DNA of 59,887 nt, filler included, from Platydemus manokwari (lineage: Eukaryota): the NCBI GenBank assembly GCA_037951405.1. It is 4 parts of 4 records of this genome, joined end to end, with 100 filler letters (N's around TTAATTAATTAA, not from the genome) between each part and the next. Parts side by side here need not be neighbours in the genome. Positions count along the whole stretch, not along the records: positions 29,660 to 47,489 come from JBBMOY010766647.1; positions 47,590 to 59,887 come from JBBMOY010205561.1; 2 more parts are not named here. One strand, given 5' to 3'. Below the pieces are notes generated by a model. That model saw nothing but the letters and a program-made list of their open reading frames with translations. It was not told the origin of the DNA and did not search any database. The translations under genes and the position numbers were made by a program. Each line of letters opens with the position of its first letter. Positions within the stretch are counted from its first letter, which is position 1. Of this stretch, positions 39,867 to 51,995 are shown in pieces.

Positions 39867-40864
39867 AACACCAAGATAAGCCAACGGCACCAGGGTTATA
39901 AAAGAACCAAGGCTTAAACGAGATGATTTCGGTGAAGAAAAATATAAAAAGACACAGAACAAAGGACAAACATACACGAAGAGTCTATAAAAGAAATTGC
40001 CTCTCGTGAGCAGCTACCAGTCTTTCATGGTCAGTAACTTTCAATATGTCTTATTCTTTTGTGTGATCATTCTAATGACCGACCTTTTATGCTCGTTGTT
40101 TCGGTGTCTGTCTCATCTTAAGGATGTTGATCTAATTGTGAATTGATTATTGACTTTGTTTTGGACGTCTGATTTTAGAATACCACTATTGACAAATAGA
40201 TTTTAAAGAGTAACTGGTGATTATATTTACATTTTGAATATTTAGTGATATTGGTTATCATACATTTGTATCATGGTGTATGGAATTGTATGTGGGTTTG
40301 CACAATAATAAATGAGAAAATCAATCCATTTGTTGGAAAGTGCATTTCAACTTATAGATTTTAAACTCATCTTTAAACATACTTATTTAATCTTCTTCAA
40401 TATTATTAAACTCATTTCAATCATAATGATAATGTTTAGTTCTGTTGTAATGATAAAATCCAGTTTAGTATAATAATATTTATATAATAATTATAATAAT
40501 TTTTAGTCTGAAACTTATGTAACGAATAATAATCGACTCTAAATACCGAAGTTAAAATTGAAGATAAAGATAACAATCATAAAGACTATTTGTCGAAAAA
40601 TCAAGTGAAATTCACACATAATCAAAGTTGCCTAACAAAAAGGTTTGTAGATACTCGTGAGATCCAACTTCCTTTATATGGTTATCACTTGCGCTCACTT
40701 AATGTCTCATGGTTTTACTTCTCGCGAGAGTCAAAATCTTTTATAGACTTCTCATGCATGTTTGTCTGTTGTCTTGTGTCTTTTTATAATTTTCTTCACC
40801 GAAACCATCTGGTTTACGCCTAGGTTCTTTTATAACCCTGGTGCCATTGGCTTGTCTTAGTGTT
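39867..40864. repeat. 144-bp inverted repeat pair (39867-40010 and 40721-40864) around a ~710-bp spacer
   Basis: Manual ungapped alignment of the left arm with the reverse complement of the right arm gives about 20 mismatches in 144 nt (~86%). No clear TSD. Confidence 0.9.
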
Positions 40865-41249
40865 TTTGTCTGTTCACATGTCGGTCTGTCGACAAATTTT
40901 GTATTATTGTATTACAGTTATTGTACATATCTATTTGTTTATTTGGTTATTTCCAGATATTTTTTCAAACGAATTTGGCATCATTAACTTGCACGAATTT
41001 TTTAAATGAATTTAGTAATAGATAGTTGTCAAAGTAATCTCTTTTACATTATTAAAAGTTTGATTAACTTGATAAAGATTTAAGCACTGCAGTCAATATT
41101 ATATTAATCAATCAAATTTATTTGTATAGTTTGAAGACTTAAAAATCAGTGAGATTTTCTCTTTGAGTTTTTGTGAAAGATAATATATTAAACATAATAA
41201 CTCTCCATTCACTTTGACCTCATGCAAGTAGTTGGATATCGAGGTGTAA

Positions 41250-43380
41250 GAATATTATAAATTTAGGTAATATTACTACCAAGGAGCCAATTAGAACTCA
41301 CACGAGACCGACAAGATGTGTATGGTGCCAAAATAAAATAAACTGACTAGGAAAAATAGTAATGAGTTTTGAAATTTAATGATAATTATCGGACAGAATG
41401 AAAAATCAGATTTTATAAAGTTGACATAATTAAAAGTTGTGATATAAAAATTTTGAATTGAAATCACATTGTATAATAACTACTATTTCAAAAATAGGTA
41501 CTAAAGGAAAATGTACAAGTTGAAAATAAAGCTGCTAATTGAATTGTGCATGATAAACTCGATATTGAATTTAAGATTGAAAGTATACACGAGAATTTGA
41601 CATTGAATTTAAGAAATATTAATTGAAAATTTAAGAGCATCAAACACTGAATTAGAAATTGAATTCAAATTTTATAATTTTAGAATATTGATTATCGAAC
41701 TAGAGTTGATGAAGAGAATTGAAATTTTAAATTAATATTACGAATTTGGTTACACATTTCGATAAATTGAAAGTTGGTAAATTAAAATCCATATTAATCC
41801 TAAAAGAACATGAATATTTAATAAAGTCAGAGAACTGATAAATTTAAGTATACCTCGATAAATTTAGGTTTGATAATAATTGAACTTTATCATTCAGGCA
41901 AAGGATCAAGTTTGCTTATGAGATACAGAGATAAAGCAAGGTTTGGAATTAAATAACGAATTGAAGTTGAATATTTCTACAAAGATTAAAGCCATTAACA
42001 GTATCGAGATTAACGCGATGAATAAACACAGTAGAAAGTAGCAATGATAACTTTTTATGAGTAGGAAAAGCTCAATATTAGACGTTTACGACATGAAATG
42101 GGAGACGACTTATTCGAACTGGCGAAAATAATTAAAAAAATATTTATAAGCTTAAAAGTAATGTAAGTTCACCATTAACCACATATAATAGTAAATAAGA
42201 GAAATTTCAATTTTTTCATGATTTAAATAGATTGACTAATTGGTTGTACGGTCGAGCAATAAGAAGGTCGCTTGTCATTATATTATATACGTTTTGCAAG
42301 TAAAAAATGATTAGACACAAGGAAAGCATCAGAATATATGAAAATAGCAAAAACATTAATAGATAAATTTTCAATAGCTAAAGATTCCCATTAGTATTGT
42401 GTGAAACAAGTTCACAACAGAGAAAATGGAAAATGAAAGTGTAAGTGTAAATACCCAAAATCATTATAATAATTAGATGTAAAAACTTATAGTCATTATT
42501 ATGTAACAAATGATGGAAGAGAGCAAATGATCATGTACCAATTTAAAATGGCATAGTACCTGCCGTAATAATCCAGTAGCTAAAGCGAATTATAAAAATT
42601 TAGAAGAACTGATACAAAAAGCAAAAAGAGTGACAATGATTTATGGGAGAATTACTCCCCAGCATATCATATACATATGTGCTATCCACTAGTTGATACA
42701 GAAATATTTAAAGATTATAAAAAGAGACATCTCCACCGATTGATTAAAAGGCGTTAAAGTCGAAATAATACGAAAAAATTTTAATTTAAATTTGCCGTTG
42801 TCACAATTGCAAGAAACACAGCTTCAACCTATGGACTGTGGTAATAATAAAAATAAGTTTGGTAATCAACAAAATACGGCTTATCATAACGGAAATTATT
42901 TCATTCATACATTGATGTACCTTTAGGAAAGAATATTATCTATAATATTGAGGATTAACATTGAATGGGAACAAGAGATAAACAGGAATACGTTAACTGA
43001 TATTAATCAAAATAGTATAACAGAAAAATCAAATAAAAAAGACTTTAATTTTACAGACAGTATTTGCCACCTTATGGTCTAATTCATCGCAAATGATACA
43101 ACGGAGAATGGAGAACGAGCAACTATTTAATATTATGTTGGATTATATTATTTGAATCTGAAAATCTATATTAACTAAAATAATACACTTAAAGTCTCAA
43201 TAATAATAATAAAAATTCTTTACGCAATTCACAAAGAAAATCATTCAAGATGGAATCAGTGTCAAGAAGTCAAAAAACAGAATGAATAGTAATAAAAAAG
43301 ACTGATTACTAAAATCACGCATAAGCTAAGCATTGAAATTACCGAACAAAAAGTCTGGCAAGAATTTATGAAATTTAACC
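41250..43380 (+). mobile_element. Highly degraded LTR-retrotransposon gag-like region
   Basis: A-rich, broken coding-like strand with coiled-coil-like stretches and FYRQYLPPY...IQRR..NE (~43050-43120), resembling the Retrotrans_gag F...FLP..Y...R.Q..GE pattern. Confidence 0.4.
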
Positions 43381-44399
43381 TTTTTATGGACTTATCGGGT
43401 GTGTCTGCTTGATCTGCATTTTCAATTCGCTAAATTTGTTTGTGGATCGATTTACTTGAGATTTTCCTTATATCTCTTATGCCATTGGCGGATATTTGAG
43501 CTTTCCGTTGTTTGTAGGCATGTGCCTGTCGATTCTTAGCTTCTAAATATGGATTAACATTAGAACGAATCTGATTGGTTAACTACACGTGTGCTTATCG
43601 GGTTTGTGCGTATTAACCCTTTATAGGGTTTTCCTTGGTTCTTTGAATCAATTTTACTAATTAGTGATATACCCAACAATTATATAGCAAATAACCTGTT
43701 TTTTGTCTTTGATCAAACAAGATTTTTTATCTTCAAATTTTTTTTATGAATTCGGTTGTCGGTCTTCATTCTTGGATGTCCCATAAATAAAAATATAAAC
43801 ATTAATCAAAGATTCAAAACAATTTTAATTTATAGGTAAAATTACGCAATAGTTTTTTCTGTTTATCAGCATTAAGATCATATAATTTATCATAGTACAA
43901 TTATAGGTATAAATGTTGAATATTAAGATTTATTATACATAAACGCAACAGTCTTCACTACATTTTGTAATCATTTTTTTAAAATTATACATTCGTAATA
44001 ATAATTCTCTTTTTTCATTCCAAAATTCTTATATTTATAATAATAATTCACATTTTTGTTTTTTCTTAATATTATATTACAGTAACGAATATATATTTAT
44101 TAAATCAGAATCACATTGAAATGTTATAAAATCAATATTATTACTTAAATGTTCCATTAAACACTTTTAAATGCTCTGAATCATGACTGACAAATTTAAA
44201 TATTGATAATTGTCTGTTAAGATTTTCTCAAGAGTGATATTACTTGTTAGTTGAGCTACTGCGCAGATTTTTCAGTGGGCATTTTTATTGATTGAAAGAT
44301 CTTTATCGGAGACTATTCTAATTTAGGTTTTTCAAATTTTCATTGATTAATTTCTTGCATAGTAAATTTTATTTTATTATTTTTAATATTGTTGATAAT

Positions 44400-47300
44400 T
44401 AAATCACAAAAAAGAAAAACGATTAAGAAGTTTGGAGCCCATATTTTCGGCCCTTTTATGCTTCACAACCATACAGGTATAACAACCAGCCAATCAGAGA
44501 GGACTTAAATGGAAGGTTCTTATTCAAAAAATGGATATAACTACACAGTAATACACATTGGGATTGGCCAAACCAAATCACACAATATCGATAAATCCAA
44601 TTGAAACTTGAGAATCAAACAATCAAATTAAAACGTGATACACAAATTGCACGCAAATCTCAAGTGTAAATATTGATGTAAAGACGACCAACTGCGAGTT
44701 GGAATCCGAGTATTATGACAACTTTTTTATTTGATGAATTTTGCAGTTGTTTATCAGTTGTTGTTTTGCAGTTATACTGATTATTAGTACGATTGAGTAA
44801 AATATATACTTCAACTTTCATTTCTCTGGACCCAACAATTAATTGCCGATATTACACAAAAACTAACCTGATGATCTTAGATTATCAAGAACCGAACAAC
44901 CGAATTCCCCAAGCTTAACAACAAGTTTTACTTTATATCAGAGTGATTTCCCAGGCAGACTTTGCTAGATGTTAGAAACTAACAGTCGATCAATAGGGAG
45001 GAGACCCAATGGATTTCGTTGACGTCATAAAAGATTATTTCACCTGTACCTCTGATTCTGAATGGGCTTAAAGAACAATGATCCAACGACAGTCACCCTA
45101 CTTAAAAGGTGCAGCGAGAGTAGCTTATAATCAAATTGACCAAAGAAATATCATCAATTAATGGACAATTATTAAAGACGCTCTATCGAAGAAATTGCCG
45201 CATCATTCGGAAAAAACTTTTCTTAAGATCTCAGAAAGCTGATGAAACAGCTGGATATTTTCCATATCACTTATCAACTCTAGGCAATAGACAAATGACC
45301 AGCCCAAACCCGAAAATGATAGAATATCAATTTCTAAAAAGAGTTTATTATTACATTAGTACAGCATTCAGTCTCACCGATTACGTCAACTTCAATGAAC
45401 TTATTAAATGGTGATGAGAATAGAAATGAATTCCACATCTATTATCCGCTACGTATTTGTTATCACGTATGCAACAGAAAAGGATATTGCTAAGATGGGT
45501 AAAATTGAAAGGCCATTTTATTCATAAAATTTATTGACGACAGTAAGTCGAAATCAACATTTTTATCTAATTGCGCTAATATTTAATGAATGATTCTCCA
45601 AAGAAACAGCAAATGTCATCACATGCTTCGAATGAAACAGAATTGGGCACTAAGTTAATAAGTGCAAATTCACATATTTGCAGATGGAAATCCTGTAAAA
45701 TCTCCAAGTAGCTTCACTTCTCCAATTCACAAAAGAAAAGATTCATCCATTCAGGACAATAGATCAGGCTTTACATGAGGCAAGCATGGTCATCTAGCTA
45801 GATATTGCAAAACTAGAATCTTTTATTTAGTCACCACTACGAAACACTGTTAACACTTAAGGCCATATTAAATGCTGAGGTCTGTGGTAATTTTTGGCAT
45901 TTTTCAAGGTCATATTTAATAAAAATAAGTAAATTCCAGTAATATTCTTAAATAAAGAAGGTGAGGTTTCAAGATGATCAATCTAGAGTCAATGCAACAC
46001 AATCTGAAAGTCAAGCTAAATGGAAATAAGTAATATCGGTCATGAAAGACAAGTTGGTACGATGGATTGAAAGAATAAGTGATTAAGTTAAAACTAATGA
46101 AGTAAATACACTTTTGAAATGGAAAAATAAAAGTACAGATATAATTTATATACAATGAGAATATTAATGATAATGAGTACTGAAAGCCGAAGCACCGAAG
46201 AATAAAAATTGAGATTTGTAAGGACTCATTTTGAAGAAATTTGGATAATAGTTTACAATACGGTGACGGAAAGCCTTACACATTTATAATATATAAACAA
46301 ATGAAAGTGAATTATGTTCAGTTATGTGATAACAGCTTTAAGGCCATTAATTCAATATTCATAAAAGTAATCACAGAAATGTTAGATTTTATAGTGACCA
46401 ACTATAAAGGAAGAGATTTTGAGATTTTTGTTGAAAATTAGGTGGTAGATTTGATTTTAGGTAAAGTTAAGAGCTCGAGATATTAGAAGTCAGATTACAG
46501 GAGGAGATGCTCCCGTTTTTAATTAGTTGTCCAGGATAATAAATCAATTTTTAGAAAGTTGGTTCAATTAATCAATTTTTTAGTATCGTATATAGAACGA
46601 TATTTACCTATTAATTCTAATTTTAGAAGTGTTTTAAAGTTTTATGTGAAAATGTAGAAAAAAGAATGTACCTCTATCCAAGATCAGTTTGATGAAATCA
46701 TTACTTTAAGTTGAAAACTTTAAATTGAGATTATATAATGAGAGAATCCATTGTGATTAGAATATCCGTAGATGCCTATGGAGAAGGCAAAGGCGAACTA
46801 TATAATTTTTCCGTACAAATCATTGATAAAACTGTAGAAATGGTTAAAATACAGCTGCTAATATGGATCAAGAAGTCATATTAAATAACTGCAAATTCAA
46901 AGCAGAAATTCTTCGAAATAGAATGGCAATTGAAAATGCAACTCATCTTAACCCAGCTATACAGAATAATACTCGATCAATGCATTGCACTACCAAATGG
47001 AAATATAATTAAATTCCAAGAGAAATTAGATCAAACTAAATTAAGATACTTAATAAATTTTACATCTTTAAATAATTTAGAAACTACTCAAAAGTACTCA
47101 CAAGAAGACTTGGGGGAGCTAAGACGTAACCTACTGTTTCTATCAAAAGGGAACGTATTAAACCAAGTTTAACGACACTGTTCTACTAGAGAGAAGCTGA
47201 CAAGCCAATTATGAGTACTTGTTGAACTCTGATCATTACAAAAAGGCGACGCTCTATATCATGAAATTTGAAAGTGGAAAGTTCACATTATTCTGACAAG

Positions 47301-47489
47301 CCTATGTCAGACTGATAAGGGTGTAAGTTTTGTTAACATTTAGAAAAGATCTATTAGCACACGTACTATCTATTAGGGTGAACCAAAAGTTCTTTCCGAT
47401 TTTCTACATCACTTTGTCCAATTGCTTTTTTACCAAATGAAGATGTTTTATATACATGTGTTATATATATTTTTAAAGCTCTTGAGCTG
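44400..47489 (+). mobile_element. Degraded Ty3/Gypsy LTR retrotransposon (5' leader, gag with two zinc knuckles, pol relics), cut off by the spacer
   Basis: gag EWA*RTMIQRQSPYLKGAARVAYNQI (~45060-45140); decayed CCHC knuckles CFE*NRIGH*VNKC (~45624-45665) and GFT*GKHGHLARYC (~45767-45808); RNase H-like RISVDAYGEGKG (~46760-46795). Confidence 0.7.
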
Positions 47490-47589
47490 NNNNNNNNNNN
47501 NNNNNNNNNNNNNNNNNNNNNNNNNNNNNNNNNTTAATTAATTAANNNNNNNNNNNNNNNNNNNNNNNNNNNNNNNNNNNNNNNNNNNN
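47490..47589. other. Assembly spacer N44-TTAATTAATTAA-N44
   Basis: Same artificial linker. Confidence 0.97.
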
Positions 47590-49794
47590 TACCAAAGTAG
47601 AATCTCCCAATTCATTCTCATCAAACAAAGGTTTCCCATCTCAAGGCCACAATCAGGCATTTTCTAGTCAGCAAGCTTATCGTGGTATACCTGGTCATTA
47701 TACTCCACCGGGATTAATACACCAGCAAAATATAGTCATGACCTCAAGTCAGTTAACAAGCAACTCCAACGAGAGGCAATTTTATCAAGGTAATTATCTA
47801 ATATGAGTGCATATGATTATTTCAATTTCCGAAGCAGTTCCTTTTCTGCATCATATGGGCCACAATCCTCTAAATGTCTTCACAAGCTCAGCTCCCAGAG
47901 TCAATGCCGCCTCGTCTGATTTCAATTCTATAAGTAATTTTTTGTTCATTTATGGGTCGGTCTATATGATTTTATAACTGGCATCGGAATGGATTGGCAT
48001 GATAACTTTTTGTAGATATTCCATCCCCAATATCTGGTTATAGTGATTTTACAAGTAGTCAGGCCACCGTGTTGTATGATACATCTACGGCTAAATCATC
48101 AGGTTATAGGAATGAAATTTTTGTTTAGTTTATATAATTTTAATGTATTTATCGGTGTATTTCTATTTTATAAATCTCATATTAAATACTTTTTCTCGAT
48201 TATTGTAAACAACTTATAAAAATGAGCTGGCAATAATATGAACGAGTTTCATAAGTGAATCCTTTTCTTTGAGATCCGGGCTGGGATAGAAACTGTGAGA
48301 ACAGCGACTGTCCATAGAGCGACTACACAATAGCGATTTTAATTAAACAGCGTCTGTCACAATAGTGAATGTAACAATGGCGACTTTATTATCAACCGGA
48401 CAACATGGCACATATGTGTGTGCTCGCAAGATCCAGGCTTATGTTTCAATTGCCTGTGTTTCAAAGTTGATATCTACGTATTTAGTTTTTGAGACCATTT
48501 TAAAATAAAATATACTCAATAGGTGGCATAAATTTTGTTAGATAGTTAATTTTTGCTTGTTCGTACTTATATGTTTGTGTTCACTTTGTGAGATAAGTTC
48601 AATAGAGTGCTTAACCTTTTTTTTCTAATTAACGTTGACGACACATTTTTTTCTCTCGCAAAACAGTACCAAGTCACATTCACATTGATATAATAGGTGT
48701 GTTTCTTATGTTTTCGTTTGACTCCCTGCAATATTTGTAGATACCTTATACAATGTCTTATACAATATTCAGAAACACCTATTTTATTGGCAATTTGTAT
48801 ATGACTAAAACCTTCACTTACTAATCTGGTCGGTTCACTTAAATCAAAATTTGTCAACATGTCGCTGTTATGACGATAGCTCTTATAATACAGTCACTAT
48901 CATGTGGTCGCTATTGTGACAGACTCTCTATTGACAGTCGCTATTTGGAATCCGAGCCCCTTTCTCTATGTATACCTTGAATGAGCAGTGATACTTAATT
49001 ATTAGAGAATATATAATGAAGATGAACAATTTTAATTAACAGTGTTTCAATGTTTCATATGGGATATTGTACTCGATCTTATAATGCTCCCTCTATGATT
49101 ATTATTTATGGATTTTTATAGAATAACTGGATTTGACATTGATAGAACGGGAATCATAATTATTCCCTTTCTACTGAAAATGGAAAAGAACTATTATGCA
49201 ATAAATCTTATCAAATTTTTTAAGAATTTAGAACAAGCATGAATTCCGCTAATACAAGTTGATTGGTTGATGTATTTTTCAAGTATCGAAATGTATTTTT
49301 AATCTGGGCGATTGAAAAAAAAATAATTATCTACATACATATATAAACTATTAATTTATATTAATAATACGGTCGATAATGACCCATTCTGCATGAGATC
49401 ACCAATAATGACACGATTTGTTTCCAAATTATAATTTCGAGGATCAATTTATTAAATTTTCACCATACAGGTGGAAAGTCAAGTCTCAGCGGATCGGGAT
49501 CATATAATAATGGATTGGGAAATAAGACCAGTTTAGTTAATGAACCGATTAGTGAAGGGTTTAATAGTCCTGAAATGAATAACGATTCAAAAACCACCAA
49601 ATCCAATGATGCCCAACATTTGATATCCGTTTGTTTTTCGATTATATTCACATTGTGATGAAATACATTTCATTATTATTTTCATTTTCTTGTAGAAAGC
49701 TTTCAGCAGTGAAGAACTGTCTCAAGAAATGGCCAATCTGGAAGGCTTGATGAAAGATCTTAATAGTATTACACAGAAGGAGTTTGAATGTTGA
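47590..49794 (+). CDS. DCC: Netrin receptor DCC/neogenin/frazzled family, last five exons (cytoplasmic tail)
   Basis: Exons <47590-47789, 47835-47933, 48016-48102, 49471-49628 and 49696-49794 join in phase through GT-AG introns. The last exon encodes KAFSSEELSQEMANLEGLMKDLNSITQKEFEC*, the P3 motif of DCC/neogenin/Frazzled with the Frazzled-type EFEC end. Confidence 0.92.
48290..48965 (-). mobile_element. Non-autonomous DNA element with repetitive inverted ends and an HTH relic, in a DCC intron
   Basis: Left end has tandem ~15-bp units like A(A/C)AGCGACTGTC(A/C)(C/A) (48300-48385); the right end has their reverse complements (48860-48945). Internal minus ORF 48860-48567 has an HTH-like LVSEGFSHIQIANKIGVSEYCIRHCI. 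Confidence 0.65.
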
Positions 49795-51659
49795 ACTAAC
49801 TAACACGAATATCAGTGTTGCATTTAAAGGCTTTTTTAAAACAAATTTGCATGCTCTTTTTATTTGTACTTTTTACTTCATACAATAAATTCCTTGTGAA
49901 AAAACGGTATTTTTTTCGTTATTTTCTGGTGAGAATTATCGATTTTTTGATTATTTATATATGTGGGCTTTGAAACTATCTTCCTATATTGATTTTGATT
50001 TTTTTTACCGTAATTGTGACGTTAAAAATCAATATTCCCATTGTTATTTGTTGAAACAATTCACATGATTTAACTTGTTTTCTCCTATATTAGTCATTAT
50101 TGACGGTTTCTTTCGGAATTACATCATCACACATGAGAATATACGAGACATAAAATTTGGAAATCATTCTCTAAAAAGGTAAATTTCCAAATGTGTCAAA
50201 CGAAGTGAGAGGGGGGGTACATTTCCCCTCTATAGAGATTGGCGGAAAAATACTTAATAATTTACACGTGATAGAGATTTTTTTTCGCCAGAATAAATAA
50301 AAGTCATTGTTGTCTGCGCTGTAAAGTTTTTCTAGACACTTATGAACTCATAAACCAATAAAATGACTTGAAAACTTTTTAGGTAACACACTGATGATTA
50401 CGTCAGTGAGTTTATTTTTTCAACTGATATTTGTTGCTCATATTTTTAAATACTATGATTTTTATGGTTTTAATCGCGATTACTGCTTTCGATATAATTA
50501 CGTACTGCTATCAAAATTGCTATTAATTATTACGATATCAGGAACATTTTAATTGATTACTATAATTAGCACTGTTAATGTAATTGCTATATTATTATAA
50601 TTAATCTTGTTTCTACAATCAAATATTAATTTTCATATCCTGTTTATTATTTTATCCTGCAGTGATTATTATTATTATTTATTACTATTATTAATCAGCC
50701 AACTATAGCTGCATTTTCTATGCACCGATAATTGCATAATTACAAATCATATTTTGTGCACCTAAACTTTCACACACCAACTAGACACACAAATACGCGA
50801 GCAGACATTCGTTTTTCTCTAAAGGAGCTTCTGAAGTTGTTATCTCAAAACAAAGATAACTTTTATTATTTATTTGTTTATTTTATTTTTCATTTTTATC
50901 TTCTTATTTGGGTTGGGTTACATTTCCCGTTTATTTTCTTATATCAATATTTTATAATCGAAAATAAATTCAATACGGCGGAGGCAGTAAAATTTCATGC
51001 TAAATATCTTCGTGAGAAATGTTAAGAATTTCTGTTAACAACAATTTAAACAAACGCCAATTATCATATAGAAATTATCCAATCAACATCAACCATTCTT
51101 TCATGAAATATTTAAGCGATAATATATTGATTACTGTCTTGTTTAATAAAACGTGAATTTTCCAAAATTACAAATAATTTTTCATGTTAAGGTATTTGTG
51201 AATTGGCAAGCTCCCCGTATGTACGACATTATTTATTTATACTGAACACAATTTTTGATGTTGATAAGCTCAAAAGTTTTCACAGAGCAATTCAATGGAT
51301 GGCAGTTGAAGCCAAAATAAGGCAAATATTTTTCTGTGCTTGAAACATTCAGCATTCTCTCTCACTTCAAGCATTATTGTAGATTATGCCAATAAGAGAC
51401 TGAAATCAAATAATTCTGTCCAGGATTTCCTTGATTTCTCAAATCACCGGATGCCACTCATCAATTTAAATACCCAACGAATTGTGATGAGTAGTATTTT
51501 ATGGTTTCTATGAAGGAATAAATAAAAATAATTATTGGAGAAATTGTTTTTTATACGGGATTTCAGTGGAATTTCCGAAACCGATTATTATCGAACGCAC
51601 AATATTAATGAGGTCGACCACCTTTACAATGTTGATTGTATCGATTTAAATTGGAAATT

Positions 51660-51995
51660 ACAATGATAATAAATATAATTAATAATAATATCAATGATAA
51701 TAAATATTATTAATAATGCTGTCAGTGATAATAAATATTATTAATAATACTGTCAATGATAATAAATATTATTAATAATAATATCAATGATAATAAATAT
51801 TATTAATAATATCGATGATAATAAATATTATTAATAATACTGTCAATTATAATAAATATTATTAATAATAATATCAATAATAATAAATATCGTTAATAAT
51901 AATATCAATCATAATAAATATTATTTATATCGATGATAATAAATATTATTAATAATACTGTCAATGATAATAAACATTATTAACAATAATATTAA
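51660..51995. repeat. AT-rich minisatellite, ~28-31-bp unit
   Basis: About 11 copies of AATGATAATAAATATTATTAATAAT(ACTGTC/AATATC). Confidence 0.92.

Noticed and set aside
49460-49651. Minus ORF of 63 aa
   Set aside because: Antisense shadow of the DCC exon 49471-49628.
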